Shown piece by piece: positions 48,759 to 58,907 of a stretch of 64,000 bases of DNA. Numbering within the stretch: position 1 is the first letter of the stretch; every line of letters begins with the position of its first letter. The notes beneath the pieces are model-generated. The model was not told the origin of the DNA, searched no databases, and saw only the letters and a program-made list of their open reading frames with translations. A program made the position numbers and the translations under genes. The stretch lies in the IMG/VR virus record IMGVR_UViG_3300021256_000092. The stretch is one strand, 5' to 3'. Origin of the DNA: an uncultured virus (IMG/VR IMGVR_UViG_3300021256_000092). Lineage: Duplodnaviria; Heunggongvirae; Uroviricota; Caudoviricetes.

Positions 48759-48945
48759 GAGGGAGAGTTTAACAGAGTTTAATACTCATGTTTCACTTCA
48801 TCACACATCTTGTATTCGCGATGTTTGTCTTCGTCCATGACTAAGAAGTCGGTTCGGTTCCTACCGATGCGAGCATAAAGGAATCCCCTCACAGCCTTGA
48901 GTATCTTTCAGATACCCGAGGCTTTTTACATTAAGGAGAAGAAGT

Positions 48946-49182
48946 ATGAAATTAGTAAAAGTGGCTTATGTCGTAGTAGTTATAATATTATTCATGCTGT
49001 GGAGTAGTTCAGACAGCAGTTATAAAGAAGTTTTGAGAAAGTACAATGATTTGGAAGAGACCTATGATATTTTCCAAAAGCTGAGTGCAAATGAAGCGGA
49101 TAAATACAGAAAAGAAATCCTTGATAAAGAGACAAGGATAATAGAGTTAGAGACTTTCATAAAAGAGCATTATAAGGGGTAA
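48946..49182 (+). CDS. Membrane-anchored coiled-coil protein
   Basis: AAGGAG RBS; N-terminal TM. Confidence 0.6.
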   Translation: MKLVKVAYVVVVIILFMLWSSSDSSYKEVLRKYNDLEETYDIFQKLSANEADKYRKEILDKETRIIELETFIKEHYKG

Positions 49183-49183
49183 T

Positions 49184-49699
49184 ATGAAGAGATTTGAATT
49201 ATACAGACACTATACAGGGACTATCTATATGCTCCGAACCATTATGTATGAGTATGAGAGTAGGAAGAAAATGTATCTTCTTATGAATACTCTTAGCGGC
49301 GCAGAAATAGCAGTTTCCGAGGATGACTTTAATAGTGATGCAGATATTGATGATGTAAAAAACATAATGAAACAGGACAGAGTGTTTGAACCCTTTGAAC
49401 TGATTGCACCATCGGTAGAGAATTTCACTACTAAAGAATTAGAAAGGGAACTCGCCAAAAGAGCAGATTCAGTATTTAACAGACTGAACATTAAAGGGCT
49501 TAATGACAGAGTATTTGTTACTGAGTATGCAGTAGGGTATAAGCATGAGCCTAGAATAACTCGTGGGAAGGAGTACCCTAGACAAGTAGAAGTGGAGTTA
49601 GTGACAGACACACTTGAAGAAGCACAGGATTATTTAAAGAGAGGAAATCTGCGTAAAGAAGCCACCATTTTTAAGAGGACTTACATTGAAGAAGGCTGA
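49184..49699 (+). CDS. DUF1653-like protein
   Basis: YRHYTGTIY N-terminal motif; Q.R.FE. Confidence 0.5.
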   Translation: MKRFELYRHYTGTIYMLRTIMYEYESRKKMYLLMNTLSGAEIAVSEDDFNSDADIDDVKNIMKQDRVFEPFELIAPSVENFTTKELERELAKRADSVFNRLNIKGLNDRVFVTEYAVGYKHEPRITRGKEYPRQVEVELVTDTLEEAQDYLKRGNLRKEATIFKRTYIEEG

Positions 49700-49774
49700 T
49701 TTTACAGACTTTCCACCTTTTTATATAATATAGTTGTTGTAGCAAGAATCATTGTTTTTAAAGGAGAATTTATT

Positions 49775-50788
49775 ATGAAACAAAACAGCGAGACTAAGGA
49801 ACTACTTGATTTATCAAGAGTACATTTTTCTGACATAATAAGGAAGTCTGATGATATTCAGAATCTTTGTGAAGACTTCATGGTAAAGAATGTGACCTCT
49901 GATAATTTCCGCTTTAATGAAGAAGCAGGTATATCCTATGTATCAGAGAGTGGTGTGAGAAGACCACAGATTTCAAGATTTGCGCTCGGACAGTTGTGTG
50001 CAAAGATTGGAGTTCCCGCAAATTACATTGATAGCTGTGTAGCAAGCGGGAGAATTGATTTAGCACAGGATAACATAAACTCGTGGCTTGATGATTACAA
50101 GAAGAGCCTGTTCATAAGAGAGTACAACGGGGAGATAAGAGGAGTACTCACAGAGAGATACTCAGTATGTGATACACCTTATATTCTTAAAGGTATTGAA
50201 GATGTACTTCCTGTAGATGACTACATTATTGAGGGGCATTATTTAGACCCATCCTTTACTCATGTAAGAATGGTATCTAAGAAGATGTTACCCATTGACA
50301 ATGAAGATTTATATGCGGGAATTTCTGTAGATACCTCAGATGTCGGCAGAAGCAATCTGCAAGTGAATTTTTTTATCTATAAGAAAGTATGCACCAACGG
50401 ACTTGTAGTTCCTAAGAGATTAGGACAGCTTTTCAAGCAGAAGCACATAGGAATAAGCTCAGAAGATTTCCGCATGGGATTGAAAGAGTCTTTGATACTA
50501 ATTCCTAAGATACAGGAGAATGTAATCGAGGCAATAAACAATACTGTGGACAGTTCTTTAGAGCGTATGTTCAAGTCAAGTGAGAACTTAGAGACTCTTA
50601 TCAATGACATAAGACAGAGAACTAAGCTTTCCGAGGACAGCGCAAATAAGGTAATCGACCTCATGCAGACTACCTACGCAAAGAACAGATGGGGATTGAT
50701 TAATTCAATAACTCAAGTTGCACAGGACTTCACACTTGCCCGAAGATTAGAGCTTGAGAGAATAGCGGGAGATATGCTTGTTGCATAA
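49775..50788 (+). CDS. DUF932-family protein
   Basis: ALGQLC..IGVPA.Y, RGVLTERY, SDVG, VCTNGL, H.G, WGLINSITQVAQ. Confidence 0.75.
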   Translation: MKQNSETKELLDLSRVHFSDIIRKSDDIQNLCEDFMVKNVTSDNFRFNEEAGISYVSESGVRRPQISRFALGQLCAKIGVPANYIDSCVASGRIDLAQDNINSWLDDYKKSLFIREYNGEIRGVLTERYSVCDTPYILKGIEDVLPVDDYIIEGHYLDPSFTHVRMVSKKMLPIDNEDLYAGISVDTSDVGRSNLQVNFFIYKKVCTNGLVVPKRLGQLFKQKHIGISSEDFRMGLKESLILIPKIQENVIEAINNTVDSSLERMFKSSENLETLINDIRQRTKLSEDSANKVIDLMQTTYAKNRWGLINSITQVAQDFTLARRLELERIAGDMLVA

Positions 50789-50827
50789 AATCACGAGATG
50801 GTTTAATCTCTGCATATCGGAGGTATC

Positions 50828-51241
50828 TTGTTAATGTGTTCTGATATTGCAGAGATTAAAGACCATCTTATAACAGCTTTGAGGACACTTTCTCTTCCTG
50901 TTGATGATGTAAACGTGGTAGTGAAAAAGCGCAGTAAATGTTTTTGGGGAAGATACTATGATTATGGAACTCCCAAAGATAAGAGACCTAGAATTATAAT
51001 TTATGCGCTGAAATTAGGGTGCGATGAACCATATTCAAACAGTATTCTTTTATACAATTCAATACATGAAATGGTACATTATATTCAGTACCATGACCCT
51101 AAGTTTATTAGGAAAAAGGGAGTGATGCATGATGCTGATTTTTATTCCCTATTAAATAAGTATAGTAAGAGAGCCGAGAAAATCGGCTTGATTGATATGA
51201 AAGAGGTAAGAGATGTATTTGCTAAAGAGAGTGTGGGTTAG
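50828..51241 (+). CDS. SprT-like Zn metallopeptidase
   Basis: WGRY, IHEMVHY (HExxH), HDADF. Confidence 0.7.
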   Translation: MLMCSDIAEIKDHLITALRTLSLPVDDVNVVVKKRSKCFWGRYYDYGTPKDKRPRIIIYALKLGCDEPYSNSILLYNSIHEMVHYIQYHDPKFIRKKGVMHDADFYSLLNKYSKRAEKIGLIDMKEVRDVFAKESVG

Positions 51242-51416
51242 AATTATAAACCTTATCAGCAAGGTTACTTTGCTCATCTCATTTTTTATCATTATTTTGG
51301 GCGTGATTTTTACTGCCTATTACATGTTTGTGTCCTTTGATTTTTACAGAGTGATTGCAGGGAGTGTGGGAGTACTCACTTCTGTAAAAGTAAATAAAGC
51401 ATTACAAGGGGGTTAA
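51213..51416 (+). CDS. Small two-TM membrane protein
   Basis: GAGGT RBS; hydrophobic segments. Confidence 0.55.
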   Translation: MYLLKRVWVRIINLISKVTLLISFFIIILGVIFTAYYMFVSFDFYRVIAGSVGVLTSVKVNKALQGG

Positions 51417-51418
51417 GA

Positions 51419-51703
51419 GTGAACAGCTATAAAACACTTGGGGCTGTAATAGATTCTAAGTATGAAGATTTTGTAGAAGAGTGCAAGAAGCTGAGTGCAG
51501 GAGAAGTTCAGAACCTTATCTTTGTGCTATCACACACTTATGCGGATTTAGCTCTGCGTAAAGATGTGATTCTTGCGGGTACAGATATATCTTTAGAAGA
51601 GAAGCAGAATACTGTACTTAAGATATATGCAGAGATGCAGAAAATAGAGGATAAAGTAATCCATTTAAGAAAGCGTGCCAAAGAACTTACTCCAAAGAGG
51701 TAA
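51419..51703 (+). CDS. Hypothetical protein
   Basis: Helical; GGGGG RBS. Confidence 0.55.
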   Translation: MNSYKTLGAVIDSKYEDFVEECKKLSAGEVQNLIFVLSHTYADLALRKDVILAGTDISLEEKQNTVLKIYAEMQKIEDKVIHLRKRAKELTPKR

Positions 51704-51709
51704 GTGCGT

Positions 51710-51738
51710 TTGACACTGATTTTATCAGATGTTAGACT
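51710..51738 (+). promoter_or_regulatory. SigmaA-type promoter
   Basis: TTGACA-17-TAGACT. Confidence 0.55.
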
Positions 51739-51794
51739 ATGTACTGTAGTAAGAGCAATCTTACAGATTATAAAATTTATGGAGGAATTTAAAG

Positions 51795-52865
51795 ATGAAG
51801 CGAAACGAACTTATCAGAGGTATTGAAGCAATCAGCGAGGGTCTTGAGATTATCAAGAATGCATTAATGAGTGAAGATGCACCAGCAGTAGAAAGGATTG
51901 TTGATGAGCCGAAGACAGAACCGAAGACAGAGGCAGTTTCAGAGAGCAAGTATTCAAGAGAGGAACTTACTTCAATGAAGTATAATGAACTCAAGAAACT
52001 TGCCAACAACGCAGGTGTTTCAGCTACAGGAACAAGAGCAGAGATTATCGAGCGCCTTTTAAATGCTCCCGCAGAAGCAGAAGAGAGTGAGGGAGTTGAG
52101 GGCAAGATTAATCCACCTGTAGAGCCTAAAGAGAAGGTAGTTCCTATTTCAAAGGGCAAGAAGAAGCTCTCCAAGAAGTCCAATGACATTGCGGAAGAAA
52201 CTATCGACAAGAAATATCTCGATATGGCAAATTCAGCCCTTGAGGATATGACCGAGGACGATATGAAAGAGATGCTTGAAGAGTCCGAAGTCGAGATTGA
52301 AGATGATGAGACAGTAGTTCATGCCTTTGCAAGAGCGCTTTCAGAGGGCAAGATTGAACCCGCAGACGATGAAGAAGAGGAAGAAGAAAATGAAGAAGTT
52401 GAGTCCGAAGAGGAAGAAGATGATTCAGAAGTTTCTGAAAATGACGAGGAAGAAGATAGCGATGAAGTAACAGGAGAAGACTACTTCTCAGACTATGATG
52501 AAGATGGCGTCAATGATTACTCCGGCGACTACATGACAAAGAAGAGAAAGAAAGCCATGATTGCTTGGCAGACAAAGTTCCTTGAAGATTACGATAAGGA
52601 CAAGATTACACTTGATGAAGTGACCGAAGCCGTTCAGACTCTTTGTACACAGGATGAACTTGACAACCTTGATGCCGACAAGGAAGAAGATATTGTATGC
52701 ACCTACATGGAAGTCATGAAGAGATGCATCGACTCCGATGGTGAGTTACATGAGGGCGGTGACGCTTATGAAATCAACGATGAGTATTTCTGCTGTGGTC
52801 ATAAGCTGAAAGAAGTAGACGGTAAGTTTGTATGTGAAGTTTGCGGTGCTGAGTACGAGCAGTAA
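51795..52865 (+). CDS. Highly acidic protein with SAP/Rho-N-like motif and C-terminal Zn finger
   Basis: MKYNELKKLA...GVSATGTRAEIIERL; D/E tract; FCCGH...CEVCG. Confidence 0.65.
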   Translation: MKRNELIRGIEAISEGLEIIKNALMSEDAPAVERIVDEPKTEPKTEAVSESKYSREELTSMKYNELKKLANNAGVSATGTRAEIIERLLNAPAEAEESEGVEGKINPPVEPKEKVVPISKGKKKLSKKSNDIAEETIDKKYLDMANSALEDMTEDDMKEMLEESEVEIEDDETVVHAFARALSEGKIEPADDEEEEEENEEVESEEEEDDSEVSENDEEEDSDEVTGEDYFSDYDEDGVNDYSGDYMTKKRKKAMIAWQTKFLEDYDKDKITLDEVTEAVQTLCTQDELDNLDADKEEDIVCTYMEVMKRCIDSDGELHEGGDAYEINDEYFCCGHKLKEVDGKFVCEVCGAEYEQ

Positions 52866-52929
52866 TTTCAATACTACAAAAACAGCGGGGTGACTAAAAG
52901 TTATCCCGCTTTAATTTTAGGAGTTTAAT

Positions 52930-53529
52930 ATGAAAAAAGACATATTTTGTGTGCCGAAAGATTCAGCCCCAAAGAGCGTGGAAGTGACAGATTATAATGT
53001 CTATAGCCTGTTTAGCAAGGGGAAGTTCTACAAGTTTGAAACAGATGCGAGAAAAGAGGAATATGTACCTTTAAACTGTGTGTGCATAATAAGAAGTGCC
53101 ACTTCAAATAAAGTGCTCGGGTATGATTATCTTGAAGCGCAGAAGTATTACAAAGGGTATCATATAACAAATGCGATGCCTATATTTTCCTTTGATGAGA
53201 AAAGTTCTGAGGACATTATCATCTATTGCGCTTCACTCATGCTCAACTCATTGGTGCATACTGAGAAGCTAACAAGTGATGAGAGATTGAGGACAGCTAT
53301 CCTTAATGCTCAGTTTCAGACATTAGGGTTATTTAATCCCGACTCCGACTTAGTTGATATTTCAATAATCTCTAATCTGATTTTCACGGATGAAGATTTT
53401 GAAGTGATATGTAAGTATCTGAAAGAGGGAGTATCTGCGGTTCCTATTGGTGAGATGAACCCTATATATTCTTTAAAGGCAATTCTTTCTAAGATTGTTG
53501 AGGTGAAAAATGGCGATAACAACAACTAA
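52930..53529 (+). CDS. Hypothetical protein
   Basis: AGGAG RBS. Confidence 0.6.
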   Translation: MKKDIFCVPKDSAPKSVEVTDYNVYSLFSKGKFYKFETDARKEEYVPLNCVCIIRSATSNKVLGYDYLEAQKYYKGYHITNAMPIFSFDEKSSEDIIIYCASLMLNSLVHTEKLTSDERLRTAILNAQFQTLGLFNPDSDLVDISIISNLIFTDEDFEVICKYLKEGVSAVPIGEMNPIYSLKAILSKIVEVKNGDNNN

Positions 53530-53845
53530 GAGTATTTTTGGAAACATACAAGACTGCACCTTTAAGGGTGCAAGAATGCAGAGTGCAATAAGAGAAGAGA
53601 TAGCAAAAGAAGAGGGAGTAAATACAAACTATATCCCGCATTCAACTACACCCGAACAGCTTATAAAATTCTATCGTGGGAAGTGTGAGTCAGCTTCTAC
53701 ACCTGAGGAAGAGATTAAACTGTATAAAGCGACGATTAAACTCATTGAGGACAGAGAAGCCCTTAGAAAAGAAATCCGAGCATACAGAGATGCCGAGGAA
53801 AGAAAGAAAGATGAGTACAACATGGAAGTAGAGGAAGATAAATGA
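53510..53845 (+). CDS. Hypothetical protein
   Basis: GAGGTG RBS; coupled to ligase. Confidence 0.6.
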   Translation: MAITTTKSIFGNIQDCTFKGARMQSAIREEIAKEEGVNTNYIPHSTTPEQLIKFYRGKCESASTPEEEIKLYKATIKLIEDREALRKEIRAYRDAEERKKDEYNMEVEEDK

Positions 53846-55404
53846 GTGAGTACTTAAATGATTCAAGAAACTATGCTTCCATGTATCAGAAAGATGGAAA
53901 GCTGTTTGCTAAAGATTCTGATGGTGAGACAAAAGAAGTGCGGCAGAATGTTTTTCCGAGTGATGAGTGGGATTGCGTAGAAGCATTCAACTTTGCCAAG
54001 ATTAAAGGGTATGACCCCATGCTTGCAAAAGAGATTCCCGAGCAAGAGAAACAAGATGAGTTGATGAATGATTCAAACTATATCCTAGAAGAGAAGTTTG
54101 ATGGTACAAGAGCTATAGTTCAGTTTTTCTCACAGACAGATGTTGAGGGAAAGAAGAACGGATATTGTCGAGTGTTCTCCCGCCGAATAAGTGCAAAGAC
54201 AGGATTCTTTGTTGAGAATAGTGATTTGCTCCCGCAGATTAGAGATATAAATATCCCCGAGTTAGAGGGAACTGTAATTGATGGAGAGATGTTCATTAAT
54301 GGCAGACCCTTTAAAGATGTTTCAAGTACCCTTAACTGTGTGAGTGAAAAAGCGATAGCCCGACAGTTAGAGATAGGATTCATCACCTTACACACCTTTG
54401 ATATTTTGCGCTATAAGGGTGTTGATATAAGAAAGATGCCTCTATATAAGAGGAAACAGTATCTTGAAAAAGTGATTAAGATTCTGAACGACAACAAGTA
54501 TAAGTGGATTGAACTTGTACCTTATTATACTTGCGGGAAAGAATTACTACGCAATAATGAAGCGCTGAATGTGATAGCTGTTATAAAATTCAGATTAAAA
54601 GCCACAAACTACAAGGGTATATTTAACCCCGACAGTTTTCCTAGTTTAGTAGAGAGTATCGAGTCGGAATGTCTGACTCCGAGAGCATTTTATGAATTGA
54701 TAGTAGCCACGAATGGTGAGGGTGTAATACTCAAGCCTAGAGATGGGATTTATAAATGCGGGAAGAGACAGAATGAGTATTTGAAAATAAAGAAGTTCTT
54801 TACCCGAGAAGTGATAATCACAGGTTTTACCGAGCCTACCAAAGAGTATGAGGGTAAGTTCGTAAAGAACAGATGGAGTTATTGGCTCAGTAATGACGGA
54901 AAAGAGGAAAGAGTGAGTGTTGATACCTACTCACAGCTTCCCGCCGATGAATTATTGAGAAGAGGGTTTATCCCTGTTACCCGATTCTATTACTATCAGA
55001 TGATAGGCAACATAAAGTATGGCGTAGTGATTACGGATTCCGAGATAGAAAAACTTCCGAAGAATAAGAAGTTTGACATACATGAGATAACTCTTCCAAG
55101 TGGTGATAATGTCAAAGTTATTGAAGTAGGTGATTGTGGCGGTATTGATGACAATATGAAAAATTATTTCTCATATACAAGAGTCACAAAAGAGGGAGAA
55201 GAATTTTCAATAGCACCATGGGAAGAAGAAGCTAATGCCTATCTTGTAAAACATTCGCGGAAGAAATCTTTTATTGGAACAGTAGTAGAAGTAAAGTGTA
55301 ATGAGCTATTCAAAGATACAGGAAAGATGAGACACCCGAGATTTATGAGAATAAGGGATGATAAGTCACCTTTAGCTTGTACATGGAGTGAGCACATTTT
55401 GTGA
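53842..55404 (+). CDS. ATP-dependent DNA ligase
   Basis: PMLAK, EKFDGTR, IDGE, FDIL, EGVILK, LKIKK, RHPRF..IRDDK. Confidence 0.92.
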   Translation: MSEYLNDSRNYASMYQKDGKLFAKDSDGETKEVRQNVFPSDEWDCVEAFNFAKIKGYDPMLAKEIPEQEKQDELMNDSNYILEEKFDGTRAIVQFFSQTDVEGKKNGYCRVFSRRISAKTGFFVENSDLLPQIRDINIPELEGTVIDGEMFINGRPFKDVSSTLNCVSEKAIARQLEIGFITLHTFDILRYKGVDIRKMPLYKRKQYLEKVIKILNDNKYKWIELVPYYTCGKELLRNNEALNVIAVIKFRLKATNYKGIFNPDSFPSLVESIESECLTPRAFYELIVATNGEGVILKPRDGIYKCGKRQNEYLKIKKFFTREVIITGFTEPTKEYEGKFVKNRWSYWLSNDGKEERVSVDTYSQLPADELLRRGFIPVTRFYYYQMIGNIKYGVVITDSEIEKLPKNKKFDIHEITLPSGDNVKVIEVGDCGGIDDNMKNYFSYTRVTKEGEEFSIAPWEEEANAYLVKHSRKKSFIGTVVEVKCNELFKDTGKMRHPRFMRIRDDKSPLACTWSEHIL

Positions 55405-55489
55405 TTCATAGACAAGATTCTTCAAATATCTTATACTTTAGGCAAGGTTTTCCTTGCCTATTTTTTATGTATGTAAACGAGGTATCATA

Positions 55490-57217
55490 TTGAAGAAACT
55501 AATATCACTATCTAGGCAGACAAGGAGATTATGCCTTAGATTTTCAAAAAGAATTTCAAAACTTGCCATAAGACGTGCAGAAGCGGGCGGTATAAGTACT
55601 ACAGATTTAGTAAATAAAATTTATACTTTCTGTGAAGTGTATTCGGGAATAACCCTATATAAATACCAAACGCAGTTTTCCAAGCGTATCATTAGGTCTG
55701 TGCTAGAGAATGATGGCGCTGAATTAACAGCCCTGTTTGCAAGACAGAGTGGTAAGACCGAGACAATATCTGTAACAGTAGGCGGGCTTATGATTATTCT
55801 CCCACAGCTTGCAAATATGCCAATGTTCGCAGATGATAAGAGACTCATAGCCTACAAAGTGGGCTTTTGGGTAGGAATATTTGCGCCAAACTTAAGGCAG
55901 AGTCAGATTACTTTCCGCAGAATGAAATCAAGAATGCAGAGTAAAGAAGCATTGGCGGTACTGAATGACCCCGAGTTTAGATTAGCATATTCAACCTCTA
56001 ATGGTCAGACAGTAGCTTTGTCTAATGGTTCTTATGTTACTGCTATTTCAGCATCAGACGGAAGTTCAATCGAGGGTGAAACCTTTATGTTCATTATCAT
56101 AGAGGAGTGTCAAGATGTTTCTAACTACAAAATTAGAAAATCAATTCACCCGATGGGTGCGGCTTACAATGCCACTATCTGTAAAATTGGAACACCTACC
56201 ACTTTCAAGGGCGATTTCTATGAAACAATCGAGCGTAATAAGAAAGCTTTTAAAGAGGGTAAGTTAAGAATAAGAAATCACTTTGAGTATGATTATGAAG
56301 TGGTCGAGAAATATAATCCTAAATATGCAAAGTATGTAGAACGTGAGAAGAGAAGTTTAGGAGAGAATTCAGATGAGTTCCAGATGTCTTATAAGTTGAA
56401 GTGGGTAATCTCCCGAGGAATGTTCGTTGATATTCTCAAGTTTGAAAGAGATTGCGGAGATGAATTACTCGATTTAGTATCAAGTGATTTGTTTTCAGAC
56501 CATGTAGCAGGTATAGACATAGGTGGTGGCTCTTCAAATAACTCACAAGAAGCGGATAGTACTGTGATAACAATAGTCGAAGTCGATTGGGATTCTCCCG
56601 CTATCTTAGAGCATACAACAGATGAAGAGACAGGTGAGGATATTGTGTATGAAGCCTACAACACTTATGTGAAGGCATGGATAGAGATAAGCCCCGAAGT
56701 TGCCCGAGATTATAATGAGCAATATGTGATGATTATGGATGTTCTATCCCGCTTCAAGATAAGAAAGGCGTTCATTGATGCCACTAGAGAAGCTAGTTTG
56801 GCTCAGAGAGTTGCGGCGAATGTAAAGTTCCCTGTAGTACCTTTTGTATTCTCAACTAAATCAAAGTCGGAGATGTATAAGAACCTAGACAGGGAGATAA
56901 ATTCCGCAAGATTACATTTCCCTGCAAGTAAGGAAGCAAAAGATACAAAAGAGTATGATAAGTTTATTTTCCAATTTGCTAACTTACAAAAAGGCTACAG
57001 TGGAAGTAATATGATAGTAAGTCATCCCGCAGAAAGAGGAGCGCATGATGATTACTGTGATTCTTTGGCACTTGCAATATTAGCATCAAGAGAGCGCGGG
57101 CAGATAGATGAGACAGAAACACAATCAAGAAATGATGTGTTTAGAGTAAAGACACAATCGAGCAGATATGGAATGAGAAATAGCAGAAACCTTTTAACTG
57201 CAAGAAGGAGGGCGTAA
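55490..57217 (+). CDS. Terminase large subunit
   Basis: ARQSGKT, IIEECQD, GTP, GIDIG, HDDYCDSLALA; TTG start after GAGGT (track start 55454). Confidence 0.92.
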   Translation: MKKLISLSRQTRRLCLRFSKRISKLAIRRAEAGGISTTDLVNKIYTFCEVYSGITLYKYQTQFSKRIIRSVLENDGAELTALFARQSGKTETISVTVGGLMIILPQLANMPMFADDKRLIAYKVGFWVGIFAPNLRQSQITFRRMKSRMQSKEALAVLNDPEFRLAYSTSNGQTVALSNGSYVTAISASDGSSIEGETFMFIIIEECQDVSNYKIRKSIHPMGAAYNATICKIGTPTTFKGDFYETIERNKKAFKEGKLRIRNHFEYDYEVVEKYNPKYAKYVEREKRSLGENSDEFQMSYKLKWVISRGMFVDILKFERDCGDELLDLVSSDLFSDHVAGIDIGGGSSNNSQEADSTVITIVEVDWDSPAILEHTTDEETGEDIVYEAYNTYVKAWIEISPEVARDYNEQYVMIMDVLSRFKIRKAFIDATREASLAQRVAANVKFPVVPFVFSTKSKSEMYKNLDREINSARLHFPASKEAKDTKEYDKFIFQFANLQKGYSGSNMIVSHPAERGAHDDYCDSLALAILASRERGQIDETETQSRNDVFRVKTQSSRYGMRNSRNLLTARRRA

Positions 57218-57220
57218 GAG

Positions 57221-58834
57221 ATGATTCCTAATTTTAAGAGAAGAGCAGGTACAGATTCTATTCTTGGGAGAGGACTCAGTACTGCTTACAGTAGTGGAGA
57301 TTTGACCGCAGAAGAACAGCAGAGACTTGAAAGAATACAGCAAGCGTGGAACTTCTATGAGGGTTATCATTGGGAAGGTGTCGATGATTTAGGGAGTCCA
57401 CAGGTTACTTTCAACTATTGTAAGCCTTTTATCAACAAGTTTGTTTCTTTTGAGTTCGGTAGTGGCTTTACAATCAATTCTCCGAGACTTCCCGAAAATG
57501 TGTTAGATGAAGATACTAACCATGATGGTGTAGTAGAGGGAGAAGAAGTAAAAAATATCTCGCCCGAAGACATAGAGTTCAAAACTGTAAAAGAACAGGT
57601 GGGAAATTTCCTCAATAGAGTATGGGATGAAAACTCAAAAGAAGAGCTGTGTGTAGAAATCGGGCAGAATAAATCCATAACAGGAGATGCATGGATAAAA
57701 GTCATGTATGAATCTCCCGAAGAGATGGAAGATATATTTGATGAGAATCCCGAGGGTAAGATAAGACTCGAGGTATTCCCTACTCAATATATGTTCCCCG
57801 AGTTTGATGAGCATGATAAGAAGAGGATGATTAATCTTCTTATCATGTATCCTATTTCAGTAGAGAGAGAAACAGGAATACTCCGCAGAAAGAATAAGTT
57901 ACAGACTATTCTTTATAAAGAACTTTGGACTAAAGAGAAAATCACCATTTATCACGGCGCTGATGTTATCTCAGAAGAGGACAACCCGTATGGATTCATT
58001 CCTTTCGTACATATCAAGAATTTCATTATCTCGGGAAAGAATTTCGGCGCGAGTGATATTGATGATATTATCCCTCTGAATGTGGAAGTAAACACAAAGA
58101 GAAGTGATGTGTCGGAAATCATAGATTACCATTCAGCCCCAATAACGTGTGTTTATGGCGCTAAGATAGGAAATCTTGAAAAGGGCGCTAACAAAGTATG
58201 GGGTGGTCTTCCTAAAGATTCAAGAGTAGAGAACCTACAGTTACAGGGTGACTTACAGGCATCAACACAGTATATCAAAGACCTTAAAACAGCTATGTGT
58301 GAGATAGGTGGAGTTCCTGAGACAGTACTTGGTGGTGCTAGTGCCATAAGTAATACAAGTGGTGTTGCTTTGCAGTACATGAACTTGCCTTTGGTAGAGA
58401 AAACAAAAATAAAAAGAGCGTGCTCAGAATCGGGCTTAGTGATAGTAAACAAGATGATACTCAAAATAGCATTACAGATGGGATTTATCGAAAAACCCGA
58501 AAATATGTCTATGAAAGAGTTTCTATATAACAAGGTTACTCTTCCCGATACACTTCCAAAGGATGAACTTATTGAGTTACAGAAGATTCAGCAAGAGATG
58601 CTTATGGGTCTTGAATGCAGACATGGTGCAATGGAGAGACTTGGAAAAGAAAACATCACTTCTAAGCTGAATGAGATAGATGTGGAGAGAGAAGCGCACC
58701 CCGAAATTTTCAATAGTGCTTTGCAACAGTTAATCTATCAGAACAAGCTCAATAGTGGCATGACTAATGGTGAGACTCCTGTAGAGCAAGTCCGTAAAGA
58801 AGTAACTGGTCAAAATGGTGGCGGAGATATATAA
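57221..58834 (+). CDS. Portal protein (SPP1 gp6-like)
   Basis: FYEGYHW, NPYGFIPFVH, G.SDI, SNTSGVAL; follows terminase. Confidence 0.88.
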   Translation: MIPNFKRRAGTDSILGRGLSTAYSSGDLTAEEQQRLERIQQAWNFYEGYHWEGVDDLGSPQVTFNYCKPFINKFVSFEFGSGFTINSPRLPENVLDEDTNHDGVVEGEEVKNISPEDIEFKTVKEQVGNFLNRVWDENSKEELCVEIGQNKSITGDAWIKVMYESPEEMEDIFDENPEGKIRLEVFPTQYMFPEFDEHDKKRMINLLIMYPISVERETGILRRKNKLQTILYKELWTKEKITIYHGADVISEEDNPYGFIPFVHIKNFIISGKNFGASDIDDIIPLNVEVNTKRSDVSEIIDYHSAPITCVYGAKIGNLEKGANKVWGGLPKDSRVENLQLQGDLQASTQYIKDLKTAMCEIGGVPETVLGGASAISNTSGVALQYMNLPLVEKTKIKRACSESGLVIVNKMILKIALQMGFIEKPENMSMKEFLYNKVTLPDTLPKDELIELQKIQQEMLMGLECRHGAMERLGKENITSKLNEIDVEREAHPEIFNSALQQLIYQNKLNSGMTNGETPVEQVRKEVTGQNGGGDI

Positions 58835-58907
58835 TCATAAAAGTTCACAGGAAGCCCTAACTACTAGATTTTGGGATTTTTGTGTGTTAGTATAAATTTA
58901 AAGTCAA

